A DNA stretch of 46,498 nt. It comes from Pseudomonadota bacterium (GTDB lineage: Bacteria > Pseudomonadota > Alphaproteobacteria > Rhizobiales > Xanthobacteraceae). The stretch spans positions 1 to 46,498 of the forward strand of contig CAUJKG010000020.1 of the NCBI GenBank assembly GCA_963205465.1. Direction: 5' to 3'. Position numbers and translations under genes: made by a program. Each line of letters opens with the position of its first letter. The first letter of the stretch is position 1. The notes beneath the pieces are model-generated. The model did not search any database, was not told where the DNA came from, and saw only the letters and a program-made list of their open reading frames with translations. Shown here one piece after another: positions 42,232-46,498 of the stretch.

Positions 42232-42984
42232 CTAGCGTCCGCCCGAAATGCTCACGTTCGCGCCTACGACGTAGGACGCTTCGTCCGACATCAAATAAAG
42301 CACGGTCTGCGCGACTTCGTCCGGCTGACCGAAGCGGCCCATCGGAATCACGGATTTCAAACGCTCTGCACGATCAGGCTGACCGGCGGTCGCGTGAATA
42401 TCGGTATCGATCAGGCCGGGGGAAACGGCGTTCACGCGAATACCCTCGCCGATCACTTCGCGCGCGAGACCTATATTGAAGCTGTTCATTGCGCCTTTGG
42501 AAGCGGCGTACCACACATACTCGCCCGCCATGCCCAGGACAGCCGCCATTGAACCGATGTTTACGATGGTGCCGCCTGGACCGCCGTGCTTCTTCGAAAT
42601 CCGCTTTATCGCCTCGCTCGCGACGAGAATGGCACCGGTGACGTTGACGTCGATCACCTCTTTCAGCTTCACGGGATCGAGCGCGTCGACGCGGCTCGGG
42701 AACCCCATAATGCCCGCATTATTAACGAGATCGGTGAGCCGGCCGAGCTGCTTATCCACCTGCTCAAACAGATTTGCGATGTCGCGCGGATCGCCCATAT
42801 TGCCTTTGACGGCTATCGCGCGGCGGCCTTCTTTCTTGATGTCGTCGACGACCGCATTCGCGGCGGCTTCGTTGCCGGCATAATTGATGGCAACGTCGTA
42901 GCCGCGTTTGGCAGCCAGCCGCGCGATCGCCGCGCCGATGCCACGGCCCGCTCCCGTGACGAGAAGAATTTTATTGCCCGGCAT
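42232..42984 (-). CDS. Short-chain dehydrogenase/reductase (SDR)
   Basis: TGAGRGIG, NNAG and YAASK motifs; 250 aa. It starts 3 nt after the ABC ATPase gene stop. Confidence 0.9.
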   Translation of the reverse strand: MPGNKILLVTGAGRGIGAAIARLAAKRGYDVAINYAGNEAAANAVVDDIKKEGRRAIAVKGNMGDPRDIANLFEQVDKQLGRLTDLVNNAGIMGFPSRVDALDPVKLKEVIDVNVTGAILVASEAIKRISKKHGGPGGTIVNIGSMAAVLGMAGEYVWYAASKGAMNSFNIGLAREVIGEGIRVNAVSPGLIDTDIHATAGQPDRAERLKSVIPMGRFGQPDEVAQTVLYLMSDEASYVVGANVSISGGR

Positions 42985-42987
42985 TTC

Positions 42988-43740
42988 CTAATGGCCTTTC
43001 GCGACACCGAGATGATTATCGAGAACCTCGGAATTTTTTGACAGTTCGTCCGACGTTCCGTGAAACACGAAACGGCCCGACGAGATCACATAAATCTCAT
43101 CTGCTACCGCGAGCGCAAGGCCAAGATTCTGCTCGACAAGCAGAATGGCGTGTCCTTCGCTGCGCAACCGCAGAAGAATTTCCTGAACCTGCTGCACGAG
43201 TTTCGGCGCCAGCCCTTCGGAGGGTTCGTCCATCAGGATGGTCGACGGATTTGCCATCAGTGCGCGGCCGATCGCAAGCATCTGCTGCTCGCCTCCGGAA
43301 AGCGCGCTGCCGAGGTTATTGATGCGGTCGGCGAGCTGCGGAAACTCTTCCAGCACCGCTTTCAAATTCCACTGCTTGCCGACGCGCGGCGCACGCTTCT
43401 TGCCTTTGGCAAGTTGGCTGGTCGGCAGGAGCAGGTTCTCGCGCACGGTGAGCGATTTGAAGATGCGCCGTCCCTGCGGGACGATCGCGATCCCCTGCTG
43501 GGCAATCCCATATGGCGTTTGCCCCGAAAGCTGACTGCCTTCGAATTTCACGTCGCCGCGGCGCGGCGGCGTGAGGCCGGCAATCGACCGCACGAGCGTG
43601 GTCTTGCCCATGCCGTTGCGGCCGAGGATCACGACGATCTTGCCCGGATTCAGCGCCAGGCTGACACCGTGCAGAACATAGCTGTCGCCGTAATACGTAT
43701 GGATGTCGTTGACTTCGAGGAGAGCGTTAGAGGCGGCCAA
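42988..43740 (-). CDS. HAAT-family ABC transporter ATP-binding protein (LivF-like)
   Basis: Walker A GRNGMGKTT, signature LSGGEQQM, Walker B ILMDEPSEGLAP. Confidence 0.9.
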   Translation of the reverse strand: MAASNALLEVNDIHTYYGDSYVLHGVSLALNPGKIVVILGRNGMGKTTLVRSIAGLTPPRRGDVKFEGSQLSGQTPYGIAQQGIAIVPQGRRIFKSLTVRENLLLPTSQLAKGKKRAPRVGKQWNLKAVLEEFPQLADRINNLGSALSGGEQQMLAIGRALMANPSTILMDEPSEGLAPKLVQQVQEILLRLRSEGHAILLVEQNLGLALAVADEIYVISSGRFVFHGTSDELSKNSEVLDNHLGVAKGH

Positions 43741-44470
43741 AATACACCTCCTTCACGTCGGCATTCTTCTGCACTTCGTCGGGAAGCCCGTCGAAGATCA
43801 GCCTGCCACGATGTAACACTGTCACCTTGTCGGCGAGCGCAAGCGCGACATCGATGTCGTGCTCGATCATCAAGAGTGTGATCTCCCGGCTGAGACCGGA
43901 AACGAGCTTCGAAAAATGCGTGCGCTCGCTTGGCGAAAGACCGGCGCAAGGTTCGTCGAGCAGCAGCACGCGCGGGTTCGAGCTGAGCGCGAGCGCAAGT
44001 TCGAGCTGGCGGCGCTCGCCGTAAGAAAGGTATTTCACTTCCTCGTTCTCGCGGCCTTGCAGACCCACGCGCTCCAGCGAAGCGACCGCTTTGCCGATCA
44101 GCTCCTTGTCGGACGTCACCGGCCGGAACATCGACCATTTCTGCGAAGTCGTGCCGAGCATGCCGAGCAGCAGATTTTCCATCACTGTCAGGTCGGTACA
44201 GACATTGGAGATCTGAAACGTGCGGCCCATACCCAGTGCGGTGCGCGCGTTCTCCGAGACGTTCGAAATGTCCTTGCCGAACATCACGATACGGCCGCTG
44301 GTCGGCTGATGCGTTCCGGAGATGCAATGGAACAGCGTCGTCTTGCCCGCACCGTTCGGCCCGAGCAACACGCGCCGCTCCCCTTGCGGAATGGACAATG
44401 AAACGGAATCGACCGCACGCAAGCCGGCGAATTGCTTCGAGACGTTATCGACTTCGATGGCGATGGTCAT
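43727..44470 (-). CDS. HAAT-family ABC transporter ATP-binding protein (LivG-like)
   Basis: Walker A GPNGAGKTT, signature LSYGERRQLE, Walker B LLLDEPCAGLSP. ATGA overlap with the permease gene stop. Confidence 0.9.
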   Translation of the reverse strand: MTIAIEVDNVSKQFAGLRAVDSVSLSIPQGERRVLLGPNGAGKTTLFHCISGTHQPTSGRIVMFGKDISNVSENARTALGMGRTFQISNVCTDLTVMENLLLGMLGTTSQKWSMFRPVTSDKELIGKAVASLERVGLQGRENEEVKYLSYGERRQLELALALSSNPRVLLLDEPCAGLSPSERTHFSKLVSGLSREITLLMIEHDIDVALALADKVTVLHRGRLIFDGLPDEVQKNADVKEVYFGRL

Positions 44471-45405
44471 GCGCCCTCTCCGCGATTACCCGAACGCCAG
44501 GATCGGATCAGACCCATGACGCCGTTCGGCGCCCACAACACGGTCGCGATGAAGATCAAGCCAAGCACCGCAGTGTAGTAATGGAAGAACCCGCTTACCC
44601 AGTTTCGCAAGACCAGGATAATACCGGAGCCGATAAAGGGACCGAGGATCGTGCCGGTTCCGCCGATGATCGCCATCAGGATCGCTTCGACAGAGATCGG
44701 GAATCCGGCCGCGACCGGGTTCACGAACCGGTTGTAATAGATGTAAAGAACACCGGCGAGACTTGCGTAGAATCCGGAGATGATGAACGCGACATAGAGA
44801 TGCGCGCCAACGCGATAGCCGAGACTTCGCATGCGGCTTTCGCTCGACTTGATACCGCGAAGCGCAAGCCCAAACGGCGAGGTTGTCAGGATCCGATAAC
44901 CGAGGAGACAGATCGCAAGTACTACGAGCACAAAATAGTAGTAATGCGCTTTGGTAACGATCTGCAGCCCGCCAAGCGAAGGCGGCGGTACGTTGGTGAC
45001 GCCGTTATCCCCGCCGGTAAACGATGCCCAGCGGTGCGCGACACCCCATACGATATAACCGAACGCCAGCGTGATCAGGATGAAGTAAACGCCGCGTGTG
45101 CGAACCGCCGAGGCAAAGACGGCGGCAAGCAGCGTACCCGCGACCAGGCCCGCCACCGCGGCCGGTATCGTCGTCACGCCATAGCGCGTTTGCAGGATCG
45201 CGACCGTATAGGCCGACACCGCAAAGAACGCGGCATGACAGAGCGAGAACAAACCGGCGTGCCCCAGCAGCAGATCCGCCGAAAGCGCGAGCAACCCGAA
45301 GATCAGCACCTGCGTAAGCAGCGCGACCCAATATTCGCTGGCTATGCTCGGAACAGCGGCAAGAATTGCGGCAAGCACGACGATGCCGATGACGCGGTAG
45401 CTCAT
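44467..45405 (-). CDS. HAAT-family ABC transporter permease (LivM-like)
   Basis: 312 aa, polytopic, LivM-like sequence. Confidence 0.9.
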   Translation of the reverse strand: MSYRVIGIVVLAAILAAVPSIASEYWVALLTQVLIFGLLALSADLLLGHAGLFSLCHAAFFAVSAYTVAILQTRYGVTTIPAAVAGLVAGTLLAAVFASAVRTRGVYFILITLAFGYIVWGVAHRWASFTGGDNGVTNVPPPSLGGLQIVTKAHYYYFVLVVLAICLLGYRILTTSPFGLALRGIKSSESRMRSLGYRVGAHLYVAFIISGFYASLAGVLYIYYNRFVNPVAAGFPISVEAILMAIIGGTGTILGPFIGSGIILVLRNWVSGFFHYYTAVLGLIFIATVLWAPNGVMGLIRSWRSGNRGEGA

Positions 45406-45407
45406 CG

Positions 45408-46268
45408 TTAGTGCTCCTTGCCGAACAGACCGGTCGGCCGAAACAGGAGCAGAATCGCCATCGGTCCGAACAGCACGAAATAAGAGAAATCAGGCGCAAG
45501 CCAACGGCCATAGGCATCAAGCAGCCCGACGACGATGCCGCCAAGCACCGCGCCTTCGAGGCTGCCAAGGCCGCCGACGATCACGACGACAAGCGCCAGC
45601 ACGAGGATGTCCCATTCGGCGCCGGGGTTCAGCGTAAGAAATGCGCCACCCACCACGCCGGCGACACCGGCAAGGAACGAAGCGAGCGCCGAAACGAGAA
45701 CAAACAGACGGTCTACGTTGATGCCGATCGCATTGACCATCTCGCGATCATCGACGCCCGCGCGCACGACCGCGCCGATCTGCGTCTTGTGATAGAGGAG
45801 CCACAGCGAGAACGCGACAAAGGCGCCGAACCCGATCAGCCCAAGCCGCAGCTTTGGATAATAGATGCCGCCAGGCAGTTCGACGGAGCCGCGAAGGTAC
45901 GACGGCAACTGGATCTTCAGGCTGTCACCGCCCCAAATGGCCAAGCACACTTCGCCAATGAAGAAGGCGACCCCGACGGTGAGCAGAACCTGTGCCAGAT
46001 GATTGGAGCCGATCGGGCGGATCAAAAAACGATCGACGAAGAAGCCGAGCACAACGATCGCAAGTCCACCGGCGAGCATCGCGAGTTCGAAGCTGCCGGT
46101 CGCGCGCATGACGCTCAAACCGACATAGCCACCAAGAAGGTAGTACGCCCCATAGGCCATGTTGACGACGCGCATGAGCCCGAAGGTGACGGTAAACCCG
46201 CTTGCAAGCAGGAAAAGAAGTGCGGCAAGCGATAGCCCGTTAATTGCCTGAACAATAACGCCGGTCAT
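45408..46268 (-). CDS. HAAT-family ABC transporter permease (LivH-like)
   Basis: 286 aa, polytopic, LivH-like sequence (MTGVIVQAINGLSLAALLFLLASGFTVTFGLMRVVNMAYGA...). Confidence 0.9.
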   Translation of the reverse strand: MTGVIVQAINGLSLAALLFLLASGFTVTFGLMRVVNMAYGAYYLLGGYVGLSVMRATGSFELAMLAGGLAIVVLGFFVDRFLIRPIGSNHLAQVLLTVGVAFFIGEVCLAIWGGDSLKIQLPSYLRGSVELPGGIYYPKLRLGLIGFGAFVAFSLWLLYHKTQIGAVVRAGVDDREMVNAIGINVDRLFVLVSALASFLAGVAGVVGGAFLTLNPGAEWDILVLALVVVIVGGLGSLEGAVLGGIVVGLLDAYGRWLAPDFSYFVLFGPMAILLLFRPTGLFGKEH

Positions 46269-46308
46269 TTCCGTTTATTCATTCTGATTGGACGGGCCAA
46301 AACTGAAC

Positions 46309-46333
46309 CGGGCGGCGCGTGGAACGCCGCCCG
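46309..46333 (-). terminator. Intercistronic GC hairpin between the binding-protein gene and the permease genes (partial terminator/attenuator)
   Basis: On the minus strand the sequence is CGGGCGGCG-ttccacg-CGCCGCCCG, followed by GTTCAGTTTTGG. The T-tract is short and displaced, so this is probably leaky. Confidence 0.4.
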
Positions 46334-46348
46334 AGCCAGCATTTCAGG

Positions 46349-46498
46349 TCAGCGCTTGTAAGGACCGCGAGCCAGGAATTCTTCCGGCTTCCAGTTCCAG
46401 AACTGCGAGACAGCTTCGTAGGTCTTGATCGGCTTGTTCATCAGAATGTCGCCGAGCTGCGGGTGCTTCACCTTCTCGACCTTCGAGATGGAGACGCT
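46349..46498 (-). CDS. HAAT-type ABC substrate-binding protein, C-terminal 49 codons only (the N-terminus lies beyond the window)
   Basis: My minus-strand translation reads SVSISKVEKVKHPQLGDILMNKPIKTYEAVSQFWNWKPEEFLARGPYKR*. The stop is at 46349-46351. Its position upstream of livHMGF-like genes supports the call. Confidence 0.6.
   Translation of the reverse strand, partial: SVSISKVEKVKHPQLGDILMNKPIKTYEAVSQFWNWKPEEFLARGPYKR

Noticed and set aside
39241-46235. Plus-strand ORFs 39241-40257 (338 aa), 43060-43881, 44236-45411 (391 aa) and 45411-46235 (274 aa).
   Set aside because: They run antisense to the ferredoxin reductase and to the LivF/G/M/H-like genes. They are highly charged, Arg/Asp-rich and carry no motifs.
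1-46498. Search for mobile elements, CRISPR arrays, tRNA/rRNA genes, toxin-antitoxin pairs, defence systems or long repeats.
   Set aside because: I saw no transposase, integrase, recombinase, nuclease or helicase-type ORFs, no regularly spaced direct repeats, and no tRNA-like cloverleaf segments in the short intergenic regions. No compositional island was visible by eye. The only AT-rich stretches are the divergent promoter regions described above.

Overview
The window is GC-rich (roughly 60-65 % by eye) and almost entirely coding, with about 47 protein genes. Gene content suggests a chromosomal metabolic region of an alphaproteobacterium of the Bradyrhizobium / Rhodopseudomonas / Starkeya type; that taxon call is inference only. 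I saw no rRNA, tRNA, CRISPR array, IS/transposase/integrase, phage or recognisable defence genes.

There are five blocks:
1. 1-3027: a CUT1 sugar-type ABC importer (binding protein plus two permeases).
2. 3158-11557: a HutC/GntR-led, translationally coupled operon (enolase-superfamily enzyme, GlpD-like FAD dehydrogenase, TauE/SafE exporter), divergent from a NitT/TauT-type ABC importer plus a GMC oxidoreductase.
3. 11861-23366: a thiosulfate-oxidation (sox) locus. soxY-Z-B-C-D-E-F plus a cytochrome c lie on the minus strand; soxS-R-T and soxA-X lie on the plus strand. Exported DsrE-like and GlcG/HbpS-like proteins follow.
4. 23594-35659: one tightly coupled operon for a three-subunit molybdenum hydroxylase, an ACMSD-family amidohydrolase, CoxG, a second NitT/TauT ABC importer and YciI. 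It is divergent from a MocR regulator, an aldehyde dehydrogenase and an alpha/beta hydrolase. I cannot assign its substrate.
5. 36413-46498: a branched-chain-type (HAAT) ABC transporter operon that also carries two SDRs, a MarR regulator and a complete class-I P450 system (P450, [2Fe-2S] ferredoxin, ferredoxin reductase). The P450 looks CYP199A-like from memory.

The most checkable sequence-level result is a near-identical 14-mer, GTTGAnTTGTCAAC, sitting about 70-75 nt upstream of two minus-strand start codons in block 5. It is a candidate MarR operator. Other candidate operators lie in the sox, HutC and MocR divergent regions.

Nothing here looks like a mobile or defence system. The novelty candidates are uncharacterised catabolic operons and their regulation. 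Many track ORFs are longest-ORF extensions or antisense shadow ORFs; I trimmed or rejected these as noted.
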